Below are positions 1-13,500 of a stretch of 64,000 bases of DNA, piece after piece. Within the stretch, counting starts at the first letter, position 1, and every line of letters starts with the position of its first letter. Source of the DNA: Okamejei kenojei (lineage: Eukaryota); the NCBI GenBank assembly GCA_035221665.1, contig CM069138.1, forward strand, positions 22,630,001 through 22,694,000. Reading direction: 5' to 3'. The notes under the pieces were generated by a model. It worked only from the letters and a program-made list of their open reading frames with translations. It ran no database searches and was not told the origin of the DNA. The translations under genes were made by a program, and so were the position numbers.

Positions 1-2149
1 ATACAGATTAATCACTGATCTTTCGAAATATTCTTGTGGGTAATCTATGAACAGTGAAGTGGGATGCTTTTCTCCAAATTACATGACCGGAAAAGATTCT
101 TTGTGTTCCTCATTTTGTTTAATAGGGCAGTGTCTGAATGAATATGTAGCAGACACTGCCAAGGCATTTTTGGTGGCCCAATATGGGTCCGGAGGAGTGT
201 TCATTTATATTGTGTGATTTTGAACTGCTTAGTGATGATCATAATGGCATAAATTTATTGTAAGTCAAAAAAGGGGTCTCGACCTTAGGTCGTTGCCTGT
301 CTCCCTTTGTTTCTTTGGATGCTGCTGCACCCACTGGGATCTCCAGGTTGAGAAATCCTGCAGTAATTTATTGTTGTACAAAAACCTCCATAAGTGAAAT
401 AAAATATGGAATTTTGACTATCTACAGGTTAGTCTAGACCATCTCAACAGCTGAGGTCAAAGAATCTATGAATGTAAACAATATTACGATATATCAATAA
501 ATAATTATGTATAAAGAAGTGTTATACCTGCAATGTTTTATTTATTTTTTTTGACGAAATAAGTCTAAATAACTATATTTTGTTATAAGAAATTGGAGGT
601 CTGTATATACAATAAAGTTATTTTTTTCATTTAGATATAATGGTGAATTTCCTTGTGGATTGCATTTTCTAAGTATCTAATTGATAGAGCCAATTATAGG
701 GCTCAGTGTTACCGTCTTATAAACGGGACAATATATTAACAAGAAGATATACAGATGCATTCATAATATCCCAATATGGAAAGGGATATATATGTAAATG
801 TTAATAAAATATATATATGTGTTGTGTTTATATATAATTATATATATATATAGATATAGATATAAAGATATAGATATAGATATGGGTATATGTTAAATAT
901 AATCTGTCCAAAATTGTAAAACTATAAAGGCTGGAGATAAAAAATCTTGAATGCCTTAAGAAATGGACTTTAACTCTATCTATGATTCAAAAAACTTAAA
1001 ACATTGAAAATAATAATTCTGATAACTTTAGTATCAATATAAGAGTGGCAAACATTGCAAAATGTTACGTTATAATGGCATGTGGACTACAAATTGCATT
1101 ATCATATATGTTTATGAATCTACCAAACAAAGCACGCCAAGAAGACCTGAAAACAAAACCATGGTAAACCTATAAGCACATCCTGCTGGCTTTAAGTTGT
1201 GTGTGTGTGTGTGTGATGTGTGTGAACATTGATGAAAGTGTTGCAGTAGGGTAAGAGTCTGTGGCAATGAGACTGCTTATTACACACAAAAACCACATTG
1301 GGTTCAGTAAAACTGATGGTTATAGAGGAATGTATTTCTAGATGGTTAATAATTGGATACATGCATGTAGGAACACAGACACTGAAAAGGTGGAAAAATC
1401 ACTATGTTTAATGAGAAAATACATTCACAGGATGGGCACAGGATGAGCCACTCGAGCAAAGATGCAAGGCCGCAGGAGCTGTAGATTACTGTTAAAATAA
1501 AATGAACCAGTCATGGTGTCAGATTTAGACACGCAATGTTCGGTTCGCTATATAATTGTTGCTTTGTCATGCAGGACAAAAATATATATCAATTGGTAAT
1601 TGTGATAAATTTGCTTTTCAATAGAAAAAGGGCATTAATTTTCATTTTTTATAATGTGAAAATTATTTATCAACATAACTTGAGGCAATGTTTGGGGAAA
1701 AATGTGTTATTCGCTCGTTATTGTGGTTAATGAGCCGTAAAAACTGTCGAATGGAATAAATTCTACGACACGAAAAAACACAGAAAGCTTTAATACTCTT
1801 CACGTAGTCACTCACGTGACTCCGAAAGTAAAATAGTAAGATTAAACGAGAACTTACCAGTTCGAAGTTTGATCGTTAATTTTATGAGGAGTTTACGATG
1901 AGGATTACGTGCCCTCCTCCCCACCCTCATAAAATAAATATGATCATCTGGTAGTTCTAAGTCTATTATGAGCCTTACTATGTTACTTTCGGCTATTTTG
2001 TGTTCTGTGTTTTTTTCATGCCGCTGCTTTGAATATGCCGTTTTGCCATCGCCCAGGAGGGTTCTTCACGTAATCCCTCATCGTAACTCCTCATAAAATA
2101 ACGATCAAACTTCGAACTGGCAAAGTTCTCGTTTATTAATCTTACTATT
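1..2149 (+). mobile_element. DIRS retrotransposon, 3' part (degraded tyrosine recombinase region, ICR, right ITR)
   Basis: The ICR tcttcacgtagtcactcacgtgactccgaaagtaaaatagtaagattaa (~1797-1910) and the right end ...taatcttactatt match the two other DIRS copies. Recombinase remnants (Q/RVQTLQ-like, LLITHK, ISRWL) occur at ~1030-1350. Confidence 0.75.
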
Positions 2150-3540
2150 ATAGACCGCCAAATGGGGAGCGTGAATTGGAAGAGCAAATATGTAAGGAGA
2201 TAGCAGATATTAGTAGTAAGCACAAGGTAGTGATTGTGGGAGATTTCAATTTTCCAAAAATAGACTGGGAAACACAAAAAATTCCCCTGTAAATGGGCTG
2301 GATGGTTTGGAGTTTGTAAAATGTGTGCAGGATAGTTTTTTTGCAGCAGTACATAGAGGTATCGACCAGAGAAGGGGCCTGCTGGACCTCCTGTTAGGAA
2401 ATGAGGCAGGTCAGTGACGGAGGTATGCCGTTTGGTGAGCACTTCGGGACCAGTGATCACACAATACCATTAGTTTCAATAATAATTATGGAGGAGAGTC
2501 AGAACTGGACCCTAGGTAGTAGATTTTTGATTGGAGAAAGGCTAACTTTGAGGGAATGCAATAAGGGTTTGAATTGAATTGGGACACTTTGTTTCATGGA
2601 GGATGGTAGACCAGAAATGGAGGACCATTTAAAGGGGAAATTGTAAGAAGTACAGAATCTTTATGTCCCTGTTAGGTTGAAAGGAAATAGTAAAAATTTA
2701 GGCGAAGAGCCAGGTTTTCAAGGGAAATTGATCCACTTGTTTCGAAAAAAGAGAGATATCTACATAATTATAGGGGCATGGAGTAAATGAGTGCTAGAGA
2801 GAGAGTATAAAGAATGTAAAAAGAATCTTAATAAAGAAATTAGGAAGGCTAAAAGAAGATATGAGGTTGCTTTGGCAAGAAAGTGAACGTAAACCCAAAG
2901 GGTTCTACAGCTATATTAATAGCAAAAGGATAACGAGGGATAAAATTGGACCATTAGAGAACCAGAATGGACAGCTATCTGCAGAGCCAAAAGAGATGGG
3001 GGAGATATTGAACAATTTCTTTTCTTCGTATTCACAAGGAGAAGGATATTGAGTTGTGAGTTAAGGGGAAAGAGTAAGTAGCTATGGAAACTATGAGATT
3101 CAAAGAGGAGAAGTACTGACACTTTTGAAAAATATAAAGTGGATAAGTCTCCAGGTCCTGACAGGATATTTCCCTAGGACATTGAGGGAAGTTAGTGTAG
3201 AAATAGCAGGAGCTATGATGAATATTTCAAATGTCATTAGAAAAGGGAATAGTGCCGGAGGATTGGCGTACTGCGCATGTTGTTCCATTGTTTTTAAAAA
3301 GGTTTCAAAGAATAAACCTAGCAATTATAGACCTATTATTTGACGTCAGTGGTGGGCAAATTAATGGAAAGGATACATAAGAGATAATATATATAAGCAT
3401 CTGGATAAACAGGGTCTGATCAGGAAACAGTCAACATGGATTTGTGCCTGGAAGGTCATGTTTGACAAACCTTCTTGAATTTTTGAAGCGTAACTAGGAA
3501 ATTGATGAGGGTAAAAGCAGTGGATGTCTTGTCTACAGCT
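2150..3540 (+). mobile_element. CR1 LINE ORF2 fragment (endonuclease to start of RT), indel-rich
   Basis: YRPPN, VIVGDFNF, PKGFYSYINSKR and NKPSNYRP motifs occur in shifting frames. Confidence 0.85.
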
Positions 3541-3793
3541 ACTGTCTCCGCATGGCTCATTGAAAAACCCACTGCTAGTCACAAACATCTAACAACGTGA
3601 GCTTTAAAAGATTTCTCACCCATAATGTCCATTTCATACATCCTCGTTGACTCTATTCTTACACCTACCCTATTCTTCTGCCATTGTGTCGGATTCTTAT
3701 CTTTCCTTTACTGTCGATGGTGCAACGAGTTATTTACTTCACTGTAACGTGGAAATTATATTGAGGGGAAATTTCCACCATGCTTCACACTAT

Positions 3794-3868
3794 TTAACGT
3801 GGATTAGGGGCCCGTATCAACACAATGCAGATGAGCAAAAACAGATCAATGAACAATGAACTGTCAGC
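3794..3868 (-). CDS. Candidate terminal transmembrane-like exon (ADSSLFIDLFLLICIVLIRAPNPR*), possibly of the double-V gene
   Basis: Acceptor gctctctctcag| is followed by a hydrophobic stretch, a basic residue and a stop, in a small unique island. The phase (0) does not match the V2 donor (1), and the region looks error-prone. Confidence 0.3.
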   Translation of the reverse strand, partial: ADSSLFIDLFLLICIVLIRAPNPR

Positions 3869-3967
3869 CTGAGAGAGAGCATGAACACAGGTGATCAACG
3901 TGTAACCTGTTTCTTCTAAGCCAGTCCCAGAGTCCTTGAGAATATTCTAGTTAATAATAAATTATAA

Positions 3968-4642
3968 TGTAAGGTGTTTTATTAAGCAAAGATTAATTTG
4001 ACTTCTTTGGGTTTTGAGTAAACTGAAGCTTTGTAATTCTGTGCTGTAGAAGGGCTGGGTGTTCAGGAAATTGGAGGCCAGCATTCAACCTGCATTCAAG
4101 CTGCTTCCTGTTTTGCCCAACAAAAACACATTTCAATGGTGGGAGAGGATGTACTTTCTGAGAAGGTGCTGGCTTCTGTAAAACAGAAGCCTTGAGAGAG
4201 GATGTGTTTCCTTTGGAGTTCGTAGTTTCTGTAAACAGAAGCATTCTGGTTGGTAGCTGACAATCAAAGATTACATTGTGAAGACGGAATTGTAAATGTT
4301 TGTGCTTCTTGACTAAGTTCCTGTTTCGATGTTTGTGATCAACAGTTTATGATTGATAGAAACACGGGATGACAAGAGTATTGTATCAGTGACAAGAATT
4401 ATTTGAATAGGTAGAGCTGTGTTTGATTTGTATTAAACATCATTGCTGTATAAACATGTGACTACGTTTCCAAAAGATGCTATATGTCTTTGTTCATTAG
4501 AGTAATGGCCTAGGAGAGTTAAGTATCTGTTGCATACTTGATTTTGTATCCCCTGGTACTCTCGCCAGCTAAATGATCAGGAAAGCTTATGTTGGTTTAT
4601 CTAACATTGTGAGTTGTCTGTTTTAAGAAATGATCCTTAACA
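3968..4642 (+). mobile_element. ERV 5' LTR
   Basis: Termini TGTAAGG...CCTTAACA. The 3' ~200 bp is ~90% identical to 20246-20464. A PBS follows immediately. The left boundary is approximate. Confidence 0.75.
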
Positions 4643-4643
4643 T

Positions 4644-4661
4644 TGGCGTAGTCGACAAGAT
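4644..4661 (+). promoter_or_regulatory. Primer-binding site complementary to the tRNA-Ser 3' end
   Basis: TGGCGTAGTCGACAAGAT versus the tRNA-Ser complement TGGCGTAGTCGGCAGGAT (2 mismatches), 1 nt after the LTR's terminal CA. Confidence 0.85.
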
Positions 4662-4870
4662 TTCACTGGGACCATCAATAGACGACTGAGTAAGAGGCCA
4701 TAGTTTGACTGGGATCGGATGGGGAAAAAGGAAGTGCACTAGTCGGACCCCATGAGACCGACCTCCCGAAGAAAGTCTCGGGAAAACTTCAGTCTTTCGT
4801 AGTAGGTTTATCTGGTGCCCTGCCGAAATCCTTAGATGCAGATAACAAAGGTAAGACCAAATGTATTGAA

Positions 4871-5130
4871 ATTTCTGCTACTGGGAAAATAGTTGGTAAG
4901 AGAATTTGCTACAATAAAAGTAGTCGGTAAGAGAATTTCCTACTAGGTAAGTAGTTGGTAAGGTAGTTTGCTACTAGGAGAGTAGTCGGCAATTGGCTTC
5001 GCAAACTAAAAAAGTTTGTTGTTCACAAAGTAGCTTGGCTGAGAGAGTCTAGCAGTTATGGGGAATAATCTGGATAAAAATGATGGGAAAATGGACCTAT
5101 TTTGCTACTAGGAAAGTAGTCGGTGATTGG
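4871..5130 (+). repeat. ~31-bp degenerate tandem repeat in the ERV leader
   Basis: The unit tttgctactaggaaagtagtcggtaagagaa recurs four times at 4871-5000 and once more near 5100. Confidence 0.7.
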
Positions 5131-6891
5131 CTCCACAGGTAGAAAGCCTGTCATTCACAATTAAGTAAGTGTTAAAAGACACTGCAATAATGGGTAACAA
5201 TTTGGACTAAAGTGGCAGGGGAATGCCTGTTCAACACATGTGTTATTTGAATCCTAAAAGTAAGATGAGTCCTGGCCAGTGGGTAGAACAGGGAATGTAA
5301 AGATGATTAAAAGAGCAGAGATGTTGATATGGGAAAGAGACGCAGGAAAGAAATGGAAAAAGTGAATTAAGGAATGGAAAGCGGAGACAGAGAAGAAGAA
5401 CGAGGAGAGAGGGATAGAGTTAAGGAACAAGAATGGTACTATGAAAGGATGGAACGTTTTACAGCTAAAATGCCAGAGCAGAGGAATAAGATAAAATGGC
5501 CAAGGTAGATAGAGAAAGCGCTGATAAGAGTTCAGAAAACAAGCAATTAATGGTTTCGAACAAACCCGATACCGGTAAATCCTCTAGAGACCTCTTGTCT
5601 GACATGGTGACGCTGTTTATAGAAGAGGGGAATGAAGGAATAAAGTTGGGTATAGTGTAGACCACCTCCCCAATACAAGATCCTGCAGGGAGGGGGAAGC
5701 TCCAGCACCCCTACAGGAAAGAGCACCGCCCAGACGAAATGATACTGATAGCGACTCGGACACTGAAAAGGCAGATGAGAAAGAAGGGAAAAGGGCTGAG
5801 GCAGAAGAGGAAGAAGGAGCAGTCATTCAATTCAGCAGTGAGAGAGTTACACAATGCAGATGACCAGAGAGAGAAACAGCAGATAAATTAAAGAAGATTA
5901 AAAGAGGAAAAAAAAGCATGATAATTGAGGCTGCTCAAGAACTTTAAATCACAAGCCAACAGCCTGTACGGTTTAAAACAAACTTGCCTTCGAACTTTGA
6001 ATCACTTTTGGCACAGAGCTCGCCTCTGCTGGAGAGAGAGAAAGACAGTGAAGAGAGTTTGTGAGTGATGGTTATGGGGTGTGGCAAGATCCTGATTGAC
6101 AGGGCATCTGACCAATCAGAATCTGGATCACTGTCCAGGATCCTGACTGACAGAAAATTGGAACATACTATTGTGAATCATACCAGCCTGCGCATTCCTA
6201 GCAGATGAGGGTTTTGTGGGCTTGGTTAATTCTTTTTCATTTTTAACTCTCTCATTCCAACAAGAAGACTTTCACAACTTAAAGACAACGCTGACCACTA
6301 TACTAGCCTCAGCTACTGTCCACCTAGCTGTTATTAACTGCAATACCCATATGTGTGGCCATGACAAAGTCTCCCAAGGGAATGTCCTAGTTTGCGAATT
6401 GTGTACATTGGTCCCCATAGAACCAAAGATTCTAGTAGACAGAACAGTCTTGTCAGACAAATGAGGAAGGTTTGGGAATTATGGAGGGATGCCTCTATGC
6501 GCAATAAGTATGGAAACGAGAGGGCTGTGATATTGATTCCACCACAGGACTCTGGCTCACACCCCTCTTGGACAAATTTGTGTAATTAATGTTTTTCTGC
6601 CTGTTATTTTATTTTATATACACTCCCTTACGCATGCTGGTAAGAAGGGAAAACAATAGAGATGCACTTTAAAATTTAAAAACCTTATTGTGATGCCCTT
6701 TTTCCTTTGTGAAAATTCCATGTTAAGTCAGTAAATGTGTAAAATGGTGGGAAAGCTTATGAATGTATTTGGGTGTATCAAAGTTTTAAGAGTTAGAATG
6801 ATTTCCTTGTGGTGTGTATAACTGTGTTTTAATTTTGAGTGAGAACTTTATTTTTTTTAAATGTATGAATATCTGTGAGATTTAGCATATT

Positions 6892-7043
6892 ACATAGAAA
6901 CATAGAAACATAGAAAAATAGGTGCAGGAGTGGGCCATACGGCCCTTCGAGCCTGCACCACCATTCAATATGATCATGGCTGATCATCCAACTCAGTATC
7001 CCGTACCTGCCTTCTCTCCATTCCCCCTGATCCCTTTAGCCAC
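6892..7043 (-). mobile_element. CR1 3' terminus with (CATAGAAA)n tail
   Basis: catagaaacatagaaacatagaaa followed by ataggtgcaggagt..ggcccttcgagcc, matching the CR1 3' ends at 23762 and 38955. Confidence 0.7.
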
Positions 7044-7887
7044 ATATTGCATGAGGTGTGGCAACTTGTGAGTGAATGTCACAGAAAAAAAGGTATAAAA
7101 TAAGTATGTTTAAAGATTGTTACATGTTTGTGGAACCGGTTCTGGTGAATGTTGAAATAATCCTATAATTCAAATGAAATAGGATGTCATTGAATGAGCT
7201 TTTGCTCCTTTACCTAAGAAATCCTTGTTTTAAGTGGCACTGCGTGTTCTTTAAGTAGTCAGTAGTTGCGTGGAGGTGGTCCCACACAAGGTTATTTTAT
7301 TTTCCTTTGTTCTTTGCAAATGCGTTGGAAATCTATGAAAATTAATCTATTCATTCTTTATTTTCTCTTAACTTTTAACAGAGGAGAGATGAAAAAATGC
7401 AGGTTGTTTGTTTTGTCTTATTTGTGTTTTAAGTTTGTTTTCTTCTTGTTTTCTTATCTTTTGAATTGAGTTCAAAAGGAGACTTGGATGCCGCACTGGC
7501 CATGTGTAAAATGAGATTGGAAAAGCCAATATCTCAGTCCTAAATGGCCTACCCCTTATTCTTAAAGAGAAGTTATTCTTAAAGTTTTCAAGTTTCCAGA
7601 ATACCACTTGTGCCACAAGAGCGAGTGCTAGTGATTGATCATCCATGTTATTAATTTGGATTCATAAAAGGGCAAGACAATTTCATAGTCAAATTTGTTA
7701 GTAAGTGGTGATGAAATAAATTTGCTGAGTGTAGGTTAACTGAGGCAGAATTTAACAGTTGGAGCATAATGTAGGAAAATGTATATTTTTTCATTTAGTG
7801 AGGAATAATAGAAAATAAGAATATTTAAGCTTAAGAATGGAGCTGTGCAAGGGGAACTGGGTGTCCTTGTAGTTGAAAAATGAAGTT

Positions 7888-10800
7888 TTTACTCCCCAGT
7901 ACATAAAACTTATTCAAGAATAGATTATTTTTTGGTGGATGCAAAACTTATTTCACTTACTTATGAATCTAAATATGATAATATTATAATCTCAGATCAT
8001 GCGCCATTAGCATTTAAAATTAAAATCAATGGCAAAATAGAAAACTCAGGACAGTGGAAACTTAACCCACAAATTTTAAAAAAATAAAGCCACCCAGGAA
8101 TATATCATAACTCAAATTAAGATTTTTTTTGAAATAAATGATCAACCAGAGATATCCCGTTCTTTATTATGGGAAACATTTAAAGCATATCTCCGGGGAA
8201 TCATGATTTCTTCACAAGCATTCTATAACAAAAAGATTCGGAAAGAACAACAAGATTTAGAAAAGGAGATTAAACAATTAGATATACAGAATGCAACAAA
8301 ACCAGATATAATATTACATAATAAAATTGTAACATTGAAATATAAATTAAACAAAATATATACAGATCAAGTGATAAAATTTTATCAACATACTAAACAA
8401 TTACAGTTTGAATTTTGGGACAAACCCCAAAAATTATTGGCTCGACAATTAAGGAAAATTGAAGCGGAAAAAATCATACATAGGATTAAATCACAAAACG
8501 GTGAATTATTAATACAACCTAAAGATATTAATGAAAGATTTATGCAATATTATAAAAATGTATACACTGCTAAAGCAACAGTAAATAAAATAGAAATAGA
8601 TGCATTCTTAAAAAACTGTAACGTGAAAGGATTGGATTTACAAAACAGAGAATTATTAAATGCTGATATTTCAATAAATGAAATTGAAGAATCTATTAGA
8701 TCATTAAAAAACGGTAAAACACCGGGACCCGATTGTATAGGTTCGGAATTTTATAAAATATTTCATGATTATATGGTTCCATATCTGAAATCATTATATG
8801 AACAGATATACATACAACAGAAATTACCAGATACGTTGAATGAATCTATTATAACACTTATACCTAAAATAAATAAAGATTTGCATGAACCAGGATCATA
8901 TAGAGCAATAGCTCTATTAAATACAGATCAAAAGATATTAACAAAAATATTAGCAAAAAGACTGAGTTCAGTCGTTAACGAACTAATCCATCCCAATCAA
9001 ACAGGATTTATACCAAAAAGATACTCTTCATACAACCTAAGACGGTTGTTTGATATTATATATTCGAAAAGAGGTGATAAAAAAGATTTAGTAGTCATTT
9101 CGCTTGATGCAGAAAAAGCTTTTGACCAAGTAGAATGGCCTTATTTATTTTCGGTGATGGAAGCTTTCAAACTGGGGGAGGAGTTATTACTTGGATTAAA
9201 TTACTATAGCAAATCCAATAGTTAGAATAACAACAAATCGAATGTTATCAACTAAATTTAATTTATCTCGAGGTTGTAGACAAGGTTGTCCTCTGTCACC
9301 TTTATTGTTTGCATTAGTAATAGAACCTCTTGCCCAGAGGGTGAGATTACACCCGGAAATACATGGATATGATACTACAGATACTAAGAATAAAATCTCC
9401 TTATATGCGGATGATGTATTACTTTATATCACTGAGCCAGAAACAAGTATCCGAAATTTGTTAAAACTAATAACGGAATTTGGATCACTCTCAGGATACA
9501 GTATAATTGGAATAAAAGTGAACTTATGCCAATAACGGTGAATAATTTACATATATTACAACAATTCCCTTTTAAGATAACAAATGAAAATATTAAATAT
9601 CTTGGGATTTTTGTTACAAAAAGATTTGACTCTTTATTTAAATTTAATTTCCCTCCATTACTGAATAAATTAAATAAGAATATTTTATACTGGAAAAGCT
9701 TACCTATTTCAATGATAGGTAAAATTAATGCAATAAAAATGATCTTTCTCCCACAATTATTATATTTATTTCAATTAATTCCGATATATCTTCCTAAATT
9801 TTTTTTTAAGAAAGTAGACTCTATAATTACTAACTTTATCTGGGATTATAAGAGCCATAGAATAAATAAAAAACACTTATGTAAATCTAAAATAAATGGA
9901 GGATTAGCATTACCAAATCTTATGTTTTATTACTGGGCAGTTAATATTAAAAATATGAATTTTTGGCTAGAAGAAATAGATAATAAACCAAATTGGTTTA
10001 ATATGGAAAAAGAAGATTGTTCTCCATTTGAAATTAGCTCTATAATATTTGCTAACACTAATGTAGCTCAGAAAGTTTATAGTGAAAATCCGATAATAGA
10101 AAACGGAATTCGCATCAGGAAACAAATAAAGAAAGCATTAAAACTAAAATCTATACCATTAGGTCTTACAATTGCCAATAATTTTGTGTTTAAACCTTCA
10201 ATGTTGGATAAGGCTTTTTTTACAATGGAAAAATAAAGGAATTTCTAAGATGGGTGATCTTTATAAGGAAAATACTTTTCTTTCATTTCAAGTGTTACAA
10301 CAAACTTATGGGCTACACAATAAAGAATATTTTAGATATCTACAAATTAGAAATTATGTTTCTGCAAATATACAAGAATTTAGAAATAGAAAGACAGAAA
10401 TTTTAGATGAATGCTTGAATAAACGCCCAAATACGGAAAAAATGATATCATATATATATAATATTTTATTGGAAAATGATACCCCATCAACAGAAACATA
10501 TAGAGAGTCTTGGGAAAAGGAATTAGGTCAAATAATAAGACATGAAATATGGGATGAAAGTCTACAACATATACATCATTGCTCGTTAAATGCTAAACAT
10601 TCCTTATACAGTTTAAAATACTACATAGATTACATTATTCTAAATCTAAATTACATTATATTTTCCCAAAGATATCTCCTACATGTGATAAATGTCAAAT
10701 TTCAGAAGCAAATTTGTCACATTCATTTACTAACTGTATAAAAATTGTAGAATACTGGAACGAAATATTTAAGATAATTTCGAATGTTGTCAATATAAGT

Positions 10801-11757
10801 ATGACTCCTGACCCAAAGTTAATTATACTTGGAATATTTGAAACTGACCAACTAATAACAATGAATCAAAGAACTTTTATTGACTACTGTCTAATAATTG
10901 GGAAAAAATTAATATCAAAATTTTGGAAAGGCCCTGCATCCCAACAATCAAAATGTGGAATACAGAAATGTCGGAGACACTCCATTTGGAGAGATTGAGG
11001 CTTGTCCTTATGGATAGGTTAGACCTCTTCAAAGGGATTTGTCTCCGTATATTAAATATTTACAGGGTCATAATGGTTCGGCGCGAGGACTTGACTGAGG
11101 CCTGGATATTTGAATGGATGAAGAAATATATATAATAAATCATGAATATATCTTTAGGGGCAAATTAATGACGAATATTCTATTCTCCATCAAACCTTTC
11201 TTATTCTTTATTCTTTTTTCTATTTTCTTATATCTATATAAAAAATTAGAAAATAGTATAGAAACAAATTATCTTAACCTCTTAATATCAGTACGAATAT
11301 AAATATTATGAACATCATGAGAATATTATTAGTATCTTATATTTTTAATTATATAAAATTGTGTATTTTCAATTATATAATAATTTTAAATTTAAAATCA
11401 GTGATAACACAGATATTGTTAACTTTACGAAAATATAATGAATATCATAAAAGTTTTACTAGTATTTCATATTATTAATTACATAAGATTTGGCATTATA
11501 CTTAAAAATTAGAGACAAAACAAATATTATTTAACAGTATGAGTATATTGCTAATACTATAAATGTATTATTAGTATCATGTATTCTTAGTTATATAAAA
11601 TATATAACCTTGAAATTTATAATTAAGAACAATACAAATAATATTAATAGTATGAATTTATCATTATTATTATGTATTTTCACTATAGTAAAATAATGTA
11701 CTCTGTTATTATTTTGTTTCTATAATAAATAAAATTAAAAAAAAAAAAAAAAAAAAA
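7888..11757 (+). mobile_element. L1-clade LINE, 5'-truncated, ORF2 frameshifted
   Basis: SDHAP, WETFKA, KTPGPD, SLDAEKAFD, GCRQGCPLSP, LYADD and a C-terminal Cys motif. AATAAA plus a poly(A) tail. 13-bp TSD gaaaaatgaagtt at 7875-7887 and 11758-11770. Confidence 0.95.
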
Positions 11758-13238
11758 GAAAAATGAAGTTATCTAGCAGGTTTTTTAAAAAAAGTGGATC
11801 AGGCAGCATTTCGGGAGAACACTTCGGTTCAAGTTAATTCCATGTCTAAAAGAAAGGATGAGCAAGTTGGACGTGTGCTGTGGAGTTTAGAAGGATGAGA
11901 GGAGATGTAAATAAAGCATAGATTGAAGGGCCTGACTTTCAAAAGTTTTTTTAGACTCAAGTGGATTATTTGGCTGAAGATAGCCAGGGGAAAACTGCCC
12001 ATAAAGAATGAAAAGTACAAAAGTACATATTAAGAACATCTGAAATGATGTTATTTCTAATGTGGTGAAAATAAAGATCTTTTTGTCTGGTTGAAGTTCA
12101 TTGGAATTGCTGTAAGCACAGTGTTTGTCTTTTAGAATGCAAATGAGGAGCCAGGTTTCCTGTTTCCTGTCTTAAATGTATGGAGGGAGGCTTGTAACAT
12201 GTGTTCTATGCTAGTTGATTACATCAGACTGTACCTTACAAAGAAGGGAGTACGGAAATCACTATGGGAAGTAAATGTTGAGAGATAGAATAGATTGGGG
12301 AGGAGAAACATATTTGGACAATTACAGACATAAAATATCAACTATCCTGACTTCCTTCCCAGCACTGGGATTCTCATATTTGACTAAACTCTACCATTTG
12401 TGCTATGATAATGAAAAAAGGGTTTTTATGTGGTAGTAACAGACTAGAAGACAGAATGAGAACAGTTGCTTGCTGTTCCACTAGGCAAAGTCCAGTATTA
12501 GGTGGGCTGCACTGATGTGCTTAAGAAGTACGTGAATGCGTAACATGGGCAGTGGAAATCTTAGAGCCCAACACACTGAGGCTGACTATAGTTTTACACT
12601 CTCCCCATAGAATAGTGTGAGTTAGAAACAGGGATGTTAAAGGCAGTATGCCGTGCCAAATGGAAAATGAATATAGCCTGCAGATCAACAGATAGACAGA
12701 GAGATTTTGCAGGACCCTTCATCTAGTCATAAAATAAAGAGTATTGATTGATTGCTTTACCTGCTAAGATAGAACAGCTAGAATTGTGATAAGGAGTCAA
12801 AGAGATAATATTTAAGTGTGGGTCCCTCTTCAGATTGATCAGGGTAAACGTTTCACAGGGAAGGTGATAAAGGAGGCTCTGCCTTGTCGGTAGTTAAAGA
12901 GTCATTTCATATCTCCTACTAATTGCAGAATTTTTGATTAGTGGAGGGAATGAATAGGAAACTAATATGTTTAAGTAAAGCCTTGACTGAGACTGGACAG
13001 GTATGGTTTAAGGTATTCAGCTAATTTGATGATTCAGAACAACCCCGGCTAGAGAGACGGGCTTAACACCTTTTGAATTGGTAACAGGATAAGCCTTGAA
13101 ATTATGAACTTACCTGCAGGTCATCAGCGATGAATTGATTAAATATGCACAGCAATTAACCCATGCCTTGCAGGTCTGCATTCCCAGGAATGAGAGTCAC
13201 AGAAGCCACTATCTGTTGAAAACAGGGACGAGTCCTTA

Positions 13239-13500
13239 AGAGCCTGTCCCACTGTGGCAACCTAATTTGCGAGTTTAGAAGAGTTTGCGTTCGACTCAAA
13301 CTCACAGCATGGTCGACACGTGGTCCTAGGAGGTCACTGGAACTCTCCTTCATGCTCGAGGAAAGTTCCCGCATACTCACGGCCTCAGTTTGGTCAAGGA
13401 ACATTTTTCAGCATGCGGAAAAATTTTGCGCGAGTAAAAATTGGCTGGCATGGTTCTTCCCGGAAGTGGCGACGCTGCCGCTGCAGCTGCGGCTCGCCTA
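13239..13500 (+). mobile_element. Left end of a Harbinger-like non-autonomous DNA element (truncated)
   Basis: The TTA|agagcctgtcccactgtg terminus resembles the TIR of the element at 55402-57494. No right end was found. Confidence 0.5.

Larger units (their letters stand above)
4662..13235 (+). mobile_element. ERV internal region (decayed gag and pol), interrupted by L1 and small repeats
   Basis: Myristoylation-type gag starts MGNNLDK at 5058 and MGNNLD* at 5190. Pol remnants at ~12340-13100: PALG.. tether region, LQID-QGKRFTGKVIKE, LVEGMNRKL, and RTTPARETGLTPFELVTG (integrase core). Confidence 0.75.

Noticed and set aside
4871-5130. CRISPR-like repeat array
   Set aside because: The units are contiguous and degenerate with no unique spacers, the context is a eukaryotic ERV leader, and there are no cas genes.
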